A DNA stretch of 64,000 nucleotides from Octopus vulgaris (Eukaryota). Below are positions 1 through 13,594 of the stretch, in pieces. Both the position numbers and the translations under genes were made by a program. Below the pieces are notes generated by a model that was given only the letters and a program-made list of their open reading frames with translations, was not told the origin of the DNA and did not search any database. The stretch covers positions 28,458,001-28,522,000 of the forward strand of contig OX597830.1 in assembly GCA_951406725.2 (NCBI GenBank), given 5' to 3'. Every line of letters begins with the position of its first letter. Within the stretch, counting starts at the first letter, position 1.

Positions 1-274
1 TAAATAATTTCTCTTATTATGGTTGAGTGTAAGTAAATCTATTTATTTCTCATAATTTATATTATTAATTGTGAGAACGTGAATATGTAGTATAAGTTTT
101 ATAAATTAATTAGATTATTTTCTAACTTTATTAGTCATAATTATTGGTGTCAAGCGTTAATTTTTATTTTATTTCATTTAGATATACATATATACATACA
201 TATACATATATAAACTAATACATCTATTTGTTGTCCATACCACCTCTCTTCATCTTTCGATTTTTGTGACTTGT

Positions 275-358
<84 letters not shown>

Positions 359-359
359 T

Positions 360-393
<34 letters not shown>

Positions 394-629
394 TGTATGT
401 ATGTATGTATGTATGTATGTATACATATAGAACGGGGCGTCACGAAAGGCCTGGATGGATACTCTATCTTCCGAATTCTTCTACGGGGAGTAGAAAAAAC
501 GGAAGGGCTGTTGCAATAAGTGTGCGAATCCGAGAGTGGAATATATTGAATAAAATCATAAATAACTGATCCTCCTGTATGTTCTTTTATTTAAGGAAAA
601 CAGGAACTTGTCAACACTCCCGTGTGTGT

Positions 630-668
<39 letters not shown>

Positions 669-1597
669 AGTTATCAACTTTCAATCACATCTCAGTTGTT
701 TGTGTCTGTTTCGCTCTCTATGCCTGTCTGTCTCTGACTCTCTTTGTCTCTGTCTGTCTGTCTGTCTGTCTCTCTGTGTTTCTTTGTCTCTCTCTCTCTG
801 TCTCTGTCTTCCTGTATCTCCCTCTCACTCTATCTTTCTCCATCTAACGATCAAAATCACCAGTAGATGAGGCTTCATGAAACATCCTCTACAGGCGATC
901 TTATTTTTTTATGCCGCTATTCTAAGCTGCAGGACATTTGCTCTCGAGAATTTAGTAAATACCTTGATCAGTGCAGATATATTTTAATGGGTAAATAAAT
1001 AGACTATTCCAAACTTTTGACTTCAATGGCAGAGTGATATCATCACTACACGTATCAACGACGCAATGTTTCATAAATATGTAAACAGCACACAACTAGA
1101 CCTATATCATTTCACAAAATTGTTAATCCTCACCATCACTGAGTATCTTTTTTGATGAACATACAACTTCATTATATCCAAAACTTCTTTTAAAAACATG
1201 CCTTTCTGATTCAGAGACAGAAAATACTAATAACGGAATCTTCAGCAACCACTTCCTATTTACAAAGCCTAGCAGACGCACAGAATGGAACACTTCTATC
1301 ACAACTACGACTCTGCATTTGCTATGAAATTAGATGTCCTAAATCATATCCCATAAATAAATATTCCATTGATTGACATAAAGACTTTTACAGAAAATAA
1401 ACTGTGTCCCTCAGTCAAAGAGTTGTATCACCTCACTTCTATCTCAGTATCTCTCTCTCTCCCTCTCTCTCTCTCTTTGTCTTTTTGTCTCATTTGTAAT
1501 TGAAGAGCCTGTGTGGTTCTTATGCTATTGCTAATACAATTAAAGCTCTTCAGATTTTCTCTCATATTGTGTCCCAACCACGTTCAGGATTTGAATA

Positions 1598-2883
1598 TTG
1601 GGTTGGCAACCAAGTTCCTGCCGTTTTTTAAATTTTGGAATTCAATGCGTTTTTAAATTTTAGAGTCTATTTCTTTCGAGAATTCTATTTTTGAATGATT
1701 TTGGAGTCTCTTTCTTTTTCTAGTTAATTTTAGTTAATTTTTATTTATTTTCAGATCATGAAAATGGAATGTCAACTTAAGAAAAACAAGCATTTTCGAC
1801 ACCTTCTTTTTGGGTTTAATCAATGTACTAAGGCCGCAAAAACTGCTCGCGAAATTTGTGCCGTGCATGGAGAGGGTGCCATAGCTGAAAGAACTGGTCG
1901 CAATTGGTATGCCAAGTTCAATAATAAAAATGTTGACCTCAAAGACGCAGCTCGTTCTGGCCGTCCAGTTGATTTCGCTGAAAAGCAATTAAACCAACAT
2001 TTGCACGAAAATTCTCGTCACACGACAAGGAAACTGGCAGAGAAAATGGAATGCTCCCACACTGCTATAGAGAAGCATCTTCACTCGATGTGATGGGTTT
2101 AGAAGTATGGGGCATGGGTTCCGCATGCTTTAAGTGACAGCAACAAAAATTAACGAGCAACAATATCCATTGGTTTGCTTGTTTGTCACCGCTCAACTCA
2201 TGGACACAAACAACGATTTATTTACCGAATCGTTACTGGCGACGGAAAATGGTGCCTGTACATCAATATGAAGCAGTGTAAGGAATGGATTAGCCCCGAA
2301 AAACAAGCGACAACGCGCATAAAACAACATCTTCACTCGCGTAAAACGATGTTGTGTGTATGGTGGGAGAGGGAAGGGATTATCCATTACGAATTGCTTA
2401 ACCGGAACCAAACGTTCAACGCGGAACTCTATGTACAACACATGGAACGACTCATCACGGCTATTTAAGAGAAAAGACCTAATCGTCAGCATGGAGTTCT
2501 TCTGCTGCACGACAACGCCCGCCCTCATATCGCCAATATGACCAAGGAAGCCATTCAAACGTATGGCTGGGAAGTGCTGCCACACCTGCTGTACTCTCCT
2601 GATTTGGCACCAACGGATTTCCACCTCTTTCGAACTCTTTCAAATGCTAAAATCGGAGTTTCGTTCAATACTGTTGCAGAATTGAGAGCCTGGTTGGATC
2701 AATTTTTCGAGTCGAAATCGGGTGATTTCTGACAACGAGATATTGAAAATCTTGTTGAACGTTGGGAAGAGGTTTTAAACATCAAGGGTGAATACGTTAT
2801 TGATTAATTAGTTGTTATATTTTTATCAAACCTTTTTTAAAATTTCAATTTAAAAAATGGCGGAAACTTGGTTGCTAACCCAA
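1598..2883 (+). mobile_element. Full-length mariner (DD34D) DNA transposon, probably mellifera subfamily, ~1286 bp
   Basis: TIRs TTGGGTTGGCAACCAAGTTCCTGCCGTTTTTTAAAT (1598) and ATTTAAAAAATGGCGGAAACTTGGTTGCTAACCCAA (ends 2883). TA dinucleotides flank both ends (1596-97, 2884-85). The subfamily call is from recalled TIR similarity. Confidence 0.95.
1758..2807 (+). pseudogene. Mariner transposase pseudogene (349 codons, 5 in-frame stops, no frameshift)
   Basis: ORF pieces 1758, 2175 and 2538 share one frame. Motifs WVPHAL, IVTGDGKW, HDNARPH, YSPDLAPTDFHLF and the end RWEEVLNIKGEYVID*. Stops at 2091, 2100, 2151, 2466, 2730. Confidence 0.93.
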
Positions 2884-3259
2884 TACTATCACATGTCATT
2901 TCTCCTGCAACATCGGCCCTCTCGAATTGAAGCCGCACACAGCTGGTTTCTAGTGGCCAGCCTAATATGTCTTTAAGTGCAATTCTAAACACATTCATGA
3001 TATCTGAGACGCAGAGAGCGAGAATTTCCAGAATTCCCAAAGTTAAATCATTTCTGTTGGTAAAATCATTCAACACTGGAGTTGTATGTGTGTGTGTGTT
3101 TGCGCGCGTGGTGTGTAGATAGGTGAATAAATAGATGGGGTGCAAGATACAGAGAAAAAGGCATTAATACACAGATATACATAAAACATACATACACACA
3201 CACATATATATATGCATGCATCTATCTATCTGTCTGCCAGTCTTTATCTCTCTCTCTCT

Positions 3260-3294
<35 letters not shown>

Positions 3295-3423
3295 ATATAT
3301 GCGTGTATATATATATATATGTATGTGTATATAGACACACAACCATACACATGTATTTACATATAAATGCGTTGATGTACAAATACAAACACCACACAAA
3401 CACATATATGTATTTCTATGTTC

Positions 3424-3516
<93 letters not shown>

Positions 3517-4142
3517 TATATATATATATATATATATAAATATATACATATGTATATATGTGAGTGTGTATGGATACCGATAAAAGGAAAGAGACATACA
3601 GATAAATGGATAGATAATTAGATAGATAGATGGATAGATATATAGATAGATGGATAGATAGATAAATAGATAGATAGTCACATAGATATAAATGCATATA
3701 GGTATGTAGGTGAACACACACACAGGTAGGTTAACACACACACACACACACATATATATATATGTATGTTGGTATATACATTGGCTAACATTGGGATGGT
3801 GATTAAATTCTAGGAACTGTACCACATTATAATTTTTATAAAACTAAATAAAATACATTATATATAAATCAAACAAACGTAAAATGACACTAAATAATCC
3901 CTTAAATTTGTGTAGTGAACTATGCTAATATAACCCGTTAGAAATCTGCACAAATTATACAGCAGCATACATTAAGTATAAATGTCTTTGGATATCCTTG
4001 TAAACCTACACTGCATTTCTGCATCATCAGCCACAGTCTTCACTATTGATGCATATTATTAATATACAACTCCATAATTATATCCTACCAAAGATTCCAT
4101 TAGATTTTCCTGTTTTATCTTGTGTATATTTAATTTTTAAAA

Positions 4143-4160
4143 TTATGATTATGATTATTA

Positions 4161-4242
<82 letters not shown>

Positions 4243-4247
4243 TATTA

Positions 4248-4278
<31 letters not shown>

Positions 4279-4286
4279 TATTATTA

Positions 4287-4377
<91 letters not shown>

Positions 4378-4396
4378 CTTTATCATTATCATTATT

Positions 4397-4470
<74 letters not shown>
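4143..4470. repeat. (ATT/ATC)n microsatellite
   Basis: Direct reading. Representative of many trinucleotide tracts (also ~15370-15690, 16355-16500, 27530-27700, 27930-28220, 28580-28845, 47105-47350, 50930-51060, 52045-52205, 58515-58875). Confidence 0.95.
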
Positions 4471-5207
4471 TTTTATTTGTTAATATTATTAATGATAAAT
4501 AAACACATACACACACGCACATACACAACCCCCCAACTCCCAAATACTATTAGTATTATTAATAAAAATATCGATATTTTGTTGTTTCATTATTTTCATT
4601 TGATATCTGGTATTTGTTAAAGAAAATTGTATAATTGCTGTACAAATATGCCAGTGATTAATAATATGCCGTCTTCTAAAACTCGAACATAAATATCTAT
4701 AAGTGGGAAATAAAATAAAATTAATAAATATCAAGTAAAACATGGAAAATAAATTAAGGTGTATTAAAATAAATAAAAGCACTTTTTCTCTCATTTTTAC
4801 AATTTCCTTCTATATTGTTTTATCAAAAATTTTGATGTTTTAATATTTTCAACTCTTTCCCCACCACCCGTTTTTTAACGGATTGGTTTATGAGTGTGCT
4901 GGAGGTAACGGTGGACGTGATGGTGATAATATTGATAACGCGGGTGGACTGATGGTGGTGCTAATGGTGATTGAGTTGATTGCGATGCTGATGATGGAAA
5001 ATAGTGTGAGTGATGGAGGGGAAGGTAGTTAGGAAGTGGAGCGTTTGGAGAATCTCGATCATGTTTCATTAAAATTACAAGTCATAATTTAATATTGTAA
5101 CTTACAAGGAAATAAAAACTTTAATTTATAATTATTGGCAAGGAGTTTCAGAGAAAGCGAAGGAAAGAGAGATAGAGAGAGAGAGAAAGAAAGAGAGGGT
5201 GGGGCAT

Positions 5208-5253
<46 letters not shown>

Positions 5254-5364
5254 AAAAGGTAGTTAGAGAGAAAGAGAGTGGGGTAGAATGTAAGTGAAGC
5301 GTGCATGCATGTACGTATATTCCAGCAAATATATAGCAAATATATAAATATATACGGTCAGACA

Positions 5365-5531
<167 letters not shown>

Positions 5532-5605
5532 TTATCTATCTATCTATATATCTATCTATATATCTATCTATCTATCAATCAATCTATCTATCTATTATCT
5601 CTTTA

Positions 5606-5647
<42 letters not shown>

Positions 5648-5761
5648 CATATATATATAATGTGTGTATATATGATTCTATATATATGCGTATAAATATA
5701 TGTACACATATTTTTATGCGTATATCTACACACATACCCCCACAAACAAATGTACATATGT

Positions 5762-5796
<35 letters not shown>

Positions 5797-6360
5797 GTTA
5801 CTATATGTGTTACTGTATAGTAACATACTACATGTTACTATGTATATGTTAATATATATAAAATACGAACATACAGACACGCGTGTACATATATTATTTA
5901 ACTACGGTAGTACATGAACAATATTATTAAGGCCGCAATTTACTCGCAGTATCTTTCAGAGATTGTCGCTAATTCCCTTCTGAACCAAATGGAAAATTGT
6001 TAACATTTTTGAAGAGGACTCGTCCCTAGCTACATTTTGGAATAAACAAAGTGGGATTTGATTCTGTGAAAAAAAGTTTATATCTAAATTTGTAGTAACG
6101 TTGTAGGAGTTAGTAACGCCACCAATCAAGATTAGATCAAAATTTCTTTTTTATTTTAAAAGCAAAATACATTTATCTTAGCTTTAATGATAGAAGAAAG
6201 CATGAAAATTTCAGTGTAATTGATTTTTTTATTAAAAAAATATTTTAATTACGCTCAATTCGAGGAATTCCATGGTGTTAATCCCATGCAATGAAATTTC
6301 AAAAAAAAAATTATGATTTGTTTCTCAAATCTGTGTGTGATATTATAGTTCTATTCTAGA

Positions 6361-6738
6361 GGCGCAATGGCCCACTGGTTAGGGCAGCGGACTCGCGGTC
6401 GTGGGATCGCGGTTTCGATACCCAGACCGGATGTTGTGAGTGTCTATTGAGCGACAACACCTAAAGCTCCACGAGTCTCTAGAAGGGGGTGGTGGCGCAC
6501 CCTGCTGTACTCTTTCATCACAACTTTCTCTCGCTCTTTCTTCCTTTTCCTGTTGTACCTGTATTTCAAAAAGCCAGCCTTGTCACACTCTGTATCACGC
6601 TGAATCTCTCAGAGAACTATGTTAAGGGTACACGTGTCTGTGGAGTGCTCAAACACTTGCAAGTTAATTTCATGGGAAAGCTGTTCCCTTGATAGGCGTC
6701 AACTGGAACATTCGTCGTCATAACCGACGAAGTGCCAC
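6361..6738 (+). mobile_element. tRNA-derived SINE (single copy of this family in the window)
   Basis: Head GGCGCAATGGCCCACTGGTTAGGGCAGCGG (A box) and GGTTTCGATACCC (B box), followed by ~300 bp of non-tRNA body ending GTCGTCATAACCGACG. Confidence 0.75.
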
Positions 6739-7460
6739 GATGATACATTTTCTTAATATAGTTCTATACGGAACTTTTAATATATGTCACCAGCGTCATT
6801 GAGGTAAAGAAAGAATTATCAACGACACAGTTAGTTGACACATTTGACACATTATTAATTAGCATAATAGCATAGCCTGAAAAAATATGGATTACATGGA
6901 AAAATGCGAGCTATAGAAATAATATTCTCAAGATTATAAACCTAGAAAATTACAAGACAAGTTATTACACTTGGAAAAGTTCAGGACAACCTTTTTACAT
7001 CTGGTAAAGTACAGAAGAAGAAAATGTTTACTTAAAATATTGCTGCTGAGGATAAAATTTGGATATTAAAAATTATTTGATTTTAATTTACAAGGTAACA
7101 TTATAATTAAAAATGGTACCATCATTTTGTTAAAATATTGACAAACTAGAATACTTTAAAAATGATAACCACAAGTACCAATATAGCTAAAATTTTATGC
7201 CAAGTAGAATATTATTTTATGGCAGGCAAATTCGTTATGTAAAAATATAGGCATTGGGTCAAGACTAAAAATGTGAAGACTTATATATATGCACAATTTA
7301 CGCCAGAGAAATAGGGTATTCCAAGGATGTAGTACAAAAGACTTTCTCACCTGCTCACAGCGGCGTACGTGGGACGGAAGCCGTTAACATGTGGATGAAA
7401 TGTGAGCTTCGTAAGCACACAGGCATACTTATCTCTTCCCCTTCTCTCTCTCCCCTGTAC

Positions 7461-7502
<42 letters not shown>

Positions 7503-7624
7503 GGGGGGAGAGAGAGAAAGAGATGGATAGTTAGATTAGATAGATAGATACAAATATAGAGAGAAGGGCAGAGAGACTAAGATCGAGAGATGATTGTGCA
7601 TATAGATTGAATTCTGAAATTATC

Positions 7625-7674
<50 letters not shown>

Positions 7675-8273
7675 TGCACACACAGGTATACTTATATACA
7701 ATTCCTTTGTAGATTTCAACAATTTCCAACACAATAAGCTTCTTCAACATACTTCAGAGATATTTCATAAACATTTATATTAATAACGGAATTGAATCAA
7801 CAAATCTCTGAATCAATATCTTGACGGAAAACCTAATAAAATTTCGTCAACTTATACACGAACTATCCAATATGACGAACTTCCTGTAATGTCCAATAGC
7901 AATCGGTCTTGCTTAAGAGTTGCGGCTCCCTCGTAGCTTAGCGAATATTTTGAATAAATATATGTCCTTGTTTTTTTATAAATAGTGTAATCGCAATTTA
8001 TAAATACAAACGCTCACTCTTGTACTGCTATATACATACGTATGCGCATATGAACATGCACATACACCTATTTATACATAGTCTTATAGTATATGAGAAG
8101 TTGCGTTAAGCAGTTCCTCTCAATGACAGAAGCCAAAATGCCTAATCAGGCATTTCGCAGAATTTCTAGTAAAATGCAGGAAAACCTATTACAAAATTTC
8201 CAGTAATCTTAATATAGAATTTCTAATGAAAGCTGTCTTGGAACCTCAAATTTTAAGAAACTTAACAGGCTTA

Positions 8274-9529
8274 TCAGGCTGAGTAAAAAGCAAGCAACAT
8301 TTTGAAACCTGTATATTTCAACAATGCAGAAATTTTATCCACCAAAGTACCATTACAGTCAACACATTTTTGCCAATGAGTTACAAATTTGTTTATTCCG
8401 GTTCCATAAAAATCGGGTGTTCTGGAGCTGATGAACTCTTTGAAAGCACTCTCAGCATTGGTTTGAATTTTGAAATTCTCTCATAGAAAACCATCAAGAT
8501 GCTTGAAAAAGGGGTAGTCGGTAGGAGAAAGGCCTGGAGAATAAGCTGGGTGGTGAAGAACTTCGTAGCTAGGTTCCCTTAACATCTGGAGCGTCATAAG
8601 TGAAACGTGTGGTCGAACAATGCCATGAAGTATGATTGGCCCCCTTCTGTTGTTCAGTCTGAGATTGAGCATTAGTAGTTTTTCATTTATTTTGGCAATT
8701 TCACGGCAGTATGTTTCTGCAGTTATAGGTTTCCGGGTTTTAAGAAGTTATAGCCCAACAGTACACCACCAAATAGTCACCATAATCTTCTTTTTGAAGC
8801 GTTCGGGTTATGGGAAGGTTTTCTGTGCTCCATGTTAGTCGAACCACTACGAAAACATTTTTTATTATTGTACAGAATCCACTTTTCATCGCAATTTACA
8901 ATATGGTCGAGAAATAGATCGATCAGGCTATGGAGAAGAAGTGACGAGCAAATTTCCTATCTGTACATTTTATGATTTTTATTCAAATCATGTGGTACCC
9001 ATTTGTCGAGTTGGTTTGATTTTCCGATCGCATACAAATAATTGCAGGCAGTTTTCTGGCTAACTTGACGTTTTTCCCCCCAGTTCTCGAGTAGTTTTAC
9101 GCGGGTCTTTTTTCAATGACGGACTTTAATTGATTATCATCGATGACAGATGGCGTCCATTACGCTCACGAACTTCAAAGCTCGGGTCTCCAATGTGAAA
9201 TTGTTTAAACTATTTTCGAGCTGACCACTCACTGGTCATTTCTTTACTAAACGTTTCATTGATATCGCGAGCAGTTGCAACTGCTTTACCTCCTTTTGTT
9301 GAAATTAAATAGCAAAATTGCTCGAATATCGCGTTTTAACAGTTCCAATTCAGATGATTGTAATAACGGCGAAAAACATATCAATGGTAATTTATTGATG
9401 CATTTGGACAAGTCCTTGTCTGCATTATCAGACAATTTCAATAAAATGCTTTTAAAAAATCAAAACTCAGCAGAAATCCGGTACAAATTCTTCATGGTTC
9501 AAAACGTTGCATACTTTTACTCAACCTGA
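8274..9529 (-). mobile_element. Degenerate near full-length mariner, probably cecropia/Hsmar1-like
   Basis: TA-TCAGGCTGAGTAAAAAGCAAGCAACATTTTGAA at the left end and its inverse TTCAAAACGTTGCATACTTTTACTCAACCTGA-TA at the right end. Minus-strand KWVPHDL (~8990) and HPAYSPGLSPTDYPFFKHLDGFL (8481-8672). Confidence 0.9.
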
Positions 9530-9569
9530 TATTTTTGACTCCTCTTGTCCTCTATTTATGTGCAAGCTC

Positions 9570-10050
9570 GTGTCCCTCCTACATAGATACTTCTACTCTC
9601 TTATCATTGCAAACTTTTCTTCCATATATGTCTTAATATTTAAAGATTCAAGGCTTTCTATTGTGCCAGCATATTTTCTTTTTATATATTTCATCGTGTA
9701 AACGCTCGAGACACTTACCGAGAACTGATTGTGACGGGAGTGCGAACTCATTAAGACGGATCCCAAGACTATCCAATGCTTATGATACTTGACAGGGCTA
9801 ACGTCCATACTATAAGAGCCAAACATTTACAACACGTTAGTGTCAGATGTAAATGATTTTAAACTAATCTTTGGTATATATCTTAAGCGCTTCTGGTGGA
9901 AACGTTTTAAGTGTATTCATGTATTGTTGACATAGAGCCCATCTGTGAGTATAGCATGGATGGAAAATCTCTACCATAATAAATGCAGCGCTTAGAGTAA
10001 TGCTCCACTTCCCTTTATGACTGAACACATTTCTCATGTATTTCAAACAC
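9570..10050 (-). mobile_element. Old RTE-clade LINE fragment (post-RT region)
   Basis: Minus-strand remnants HLKRFHQKRLRYIPKISLKSFTSDTNVL and KRKYAGTIESLESLNIK resemble the RTE 'FHQRCLRRILKISW' and 'KKRYKDTLK' segments. Many lesions. Confidence 0.5.
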
Positions 10051-11022
10051 TTCTGCTGTATAAAATATCGAAGCATGAACGGGGATGAATATCCCATGAT
10101 GTCTGAAAGTGTCTGAAAGTGAAACCTTCTGAAACTTCAAGTTGATCTATGAGTGTAAATCTCTCTCTCTCTCTCTGTATCTCTCTCTCTCTCTCTGGAG
10201 ATAAATGTCTAAAAAAAGGCGAGTAGCCATAACATTGAATTTGGACCTATTTCAATACATATACTACTTAAGTGGATAAGGTGTAAATAACTTAGTTTTC
10301 TTGAAACTTGTGTCCAAGAGAAGAACAAAGGTTTGAGAAAACGTCGATTATATATTTAACAAGTTGCAGTGTAGTGAGCCTCAAGAAACTGCCATTTTTG
10401 AACATCTTTGATTCATCTTGAAAGCTACCTAGTTTTAATGGTCGCGTGTTGTTCAATAACTGATAAAGATACTTCATCAATCGTGAAATTCTTGGATAAT
10501 TACAACGAAAGGTTTTATAAAGAAATATGGTACATATCTTTTTAGAAACCATAAGCCCGAGGAATCGGTAAGTATAAAACAACACTGGTACGGAAGTGTG
10601 TGTATGTGTGTGTACGAATACTGTATGTCGGAACCATGGAGACAATTCTTCTGCTGTATAAAATATCGAAGCATGAACGGGGATGAATATCCCATGATGT
10701 CAGAAAGAGAGTAGCAGACGATGTTTAATAATTGTATCTCCTATACTGAACGACGACCCTTCTACGTTTTATTAATTCAGTTCTTCCCGATCGCAACGCC
10801 CTCGCCGTTTCATTTCATTTACTGGTGTGGCAATGCACAATTATATCTACAATCTCATTTAGCTGACATTACTCTGATCGTATATCCCTGAAAGTTCAGC
10901 GTTGTCACCATCGTGCTTATTAAGCTCTGTTGTACCGAGTACTGTTTGGTGTTCAGGCCTAGTGGAATTGATATAAATCAATAAGTTTCTAAAATTCCAA
11001 AAGCACATTGTCAACAATACAA

Positions 11023-11400
11023 TCTATAAATATAAAGCTGAAGTTTTCTGTGTGTGGCAGGTTTGGGAGCCTTCAACTAACACTATCTCCTCCGAGACCC
11101 TCCGATACCAAAATTGAGAGTATGATAGAAGAAGGCTTGCTCTTCATTCCGTAGAAGATATAATTCAAATCGGACCATGTTAAGAACAAAAATTATTTAC
11201 ATCAAAAAGGTGCTTTTTTCTATGAAAATCCCTATTTTTTACGACTTTTGATTGCTGTGTCGCAATTTTTCGGTGTATTTCAACCAAAAATGTTCACGTA
11301 AAGAAAATAACAAGCTACATAATGCAAAATTTTTACTTTTCAAAAATTCCAATTCTAAAGGGTCGAAACAAACCCGACCAACTCCGGGCGATACTGCTAG
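11023..11400 (+). mobile_element. Non-autonomous Helitron
   Basis: 5' A|TCTATAAATATAAAG, subterminal hairpin CCCG-accaactc-CGGG, 3' CTAG|T. Inserted in an AT dinucleotide with no TSD. Confidence 0.85.
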
Positions 11401-11696
11401 TTTGTTTATACATTTTATCGTGCTCCAACCGTCGGAATTAACAGTCTCCAACCGCAGTAAACTGTGCAGCTTATGGGGATTCCAATATTTAGTGTACCTC
11501 AGGAAAAATGCAACATACGAAGCAAACCTACAAGATCGATGAATCCCGATTTACACGCATAAATAATAGGGTGTAATGGAAAAAGAAATACTGTTGCTTG
11601 TTTAGGAATAACAATGGCATAATGAATACTGGCATTCACACAGCGTCGAAAATATAACGAATAACAAAAAGAAAAGAAAAACACTGACATAAATTT

Positions 11697-11890
11697 GGCG
11701 AGCTGGCAGAATCTTTAAGATGGCGGGCAAAATGCTTAGCGGCATTCCGTTCGTCCTAACGTTCTTGGGTGGATTTTGCCTTTCATCGTTTGAGAGTCGA
11801 TGAAATAAGTAGTAGTTGAGCATTGGGAACGATTTAATCGATTTAACCCCTCTCCCGAAATTTCTGGTCTTGTGACAAAATTTGAAACCA
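11697..11890 (+). mobile_element. tRNA-derived SINE with Meta-like domain, monomer
   Basis: GGCGAGCTGGCAGAA head, GCCTTTCATC core, tail CTTGTGACAAAATTTGAAACC. Confidence 0.75.
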
Positions 11891-12632
11891 ATAATGATGC
11901 GTGAGTCTGTCTGTGTGTCTGTATGTGTCTGCGTGCAATTCGTTATGGAAGCACTAAAATTTATGCTCAGATTTTACAGTGAATACCGTTTATACAATTA
12001 TTGCAATACATTATCTACTTTTGTGTAAATGTGTGTATGTGGTGTACGTATGCATATATGGGTCTGTTAGATATTGGTTTATTTTCTTACTGATTCATGA
12101 CCGTTTTTGTTTGTCTCGAATTATGCTTTTCTGTATTCATTTTCTTCTTAGATAATGTACCCCTGCATAATGACATTAAAATACTTTGAAAGACTTTCTG
12201 TTTACTGTAATTGGTATCTTAGGTCTTCGTGTCAATACAATGAAGTGAAAATAAGGGAAACAAATGTCAATAAAAACAAAAAGAAACCAACAGTACCAAC
12301 ACATCAATGATAAAACAAAGAACGGTAAATTCGGCAGCCACTACAGACAAAGAAATTGTGACAGAAAAGTAAAAATATAAACAAAATGGTTACCACAACA
12401 GCATGCGTAAATACCACATCAATGCTGGTCAAATTTACAATTAGTTTAAAGAGAAAAACAAAGGAGACTATGCGTATATAAAAATGTATGTATTTGTATG
12501 TAAGTAGCTATGCATGCACGTATATATGTATACACACACACATAAATAAATATATATATATATATATATGAATATGCATATATATATTTGTATATATATA
12601 TATAACTATGGCTACATGTATATATATATATA

Positions 12633-12885
12633 TAATCAACAATAATTAAGGGTAAAACTAGTCAATTACGAAGTAATCAATAAATTTCACCAAGTAGAAT
12701 TCGGTATGAAAACAGGACCGTTATACGGTAAATTCTAGTAATACTAATATTGAGGGATCAGCAAAAGAAATGCATCACCACATACCGAAGTACAGAAATA
12801 GCAGCCAAAAGCTTAGATTTTGGGTGCTATTTCTGAACTTCGGTATGCGGTGATGCATTTCTTTTGGTGATCCCTCAATATTAGT

Positions 12886-12888
<3 letters not shown>
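12633..12888. repeat. Insert in (TA)n containing a 71-bp-arm foldback hairpin (12740-12888)
   Basis: Arms 12740-12810 and 12818-12888 are reverse complements with about 4 mismatches and a 7-nt loop. Confidence 0.9.
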
Positions 12889-12930
<42 letters not shown>

Positions 12931-12944
12931 GTGTGTGTGCGTGT

Positions 12945-12995
<51 letters not shown>

Positions 12996-13355
12996 TATAT
13001 TTAAATGTACATTTATATTGGAATGTATGTATGTGTATGTATACAGAGAGATAGAGAGAGACAGACAAGGCGAGTGTATGTGAGGATACGATGTGAGGGC
13101 GAAATGGAAAAAGCATGGAAGTGTCGCGGACATTTCCTTCTCAGGAATGTTTGCTGATTGACAGGAGGCTCGTGCGTACATAGCGATATTATCAATGAAA
13201 TTAGTAAGGAAAGTCGCACACGGATTAATAACAACGAAATCTGTAAAATATAGTTTAACGAAATTTTTTTTTAATGGATAAAAAGGAAGAAATAGCGTTT
13301 CACGGTGGCTATCTCGTTATGTTTGTGTGTACATCTCACGTTTAATTTTCTCGTT

Positions 13356-13550
13356 ATTCTTTACTCTTTACTCTTTTACTTGTTTCAGTCATTCGAGCAA
13401 ATCGACCTCAGGACTTTTTCTTTGTAAGCCTAGTACTTATTCAATCGGTCTCTTTTGCCGAACCGCTAAGTTACGGGGACGTAAACACACCAGCATCGGT
13501 TGTCAAGCGATGTTCGGGGGACAAACACAGACACACAAACATATACACAC

Positions 13551-13594
<44 letters not shown>

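Noticed and set aside
6361-6430. Possible tRNA genes here and at ~29560-29628
   Set aside because: They lack a proper acceptor stem and terminator and continue into SINE bodies.
10292-10645. 117-aa ORF with faint resemblance to a hAT dimerisation region
   Set aside because: The diagnostic ERSFS motif is absent and the similarity is too weak to call.
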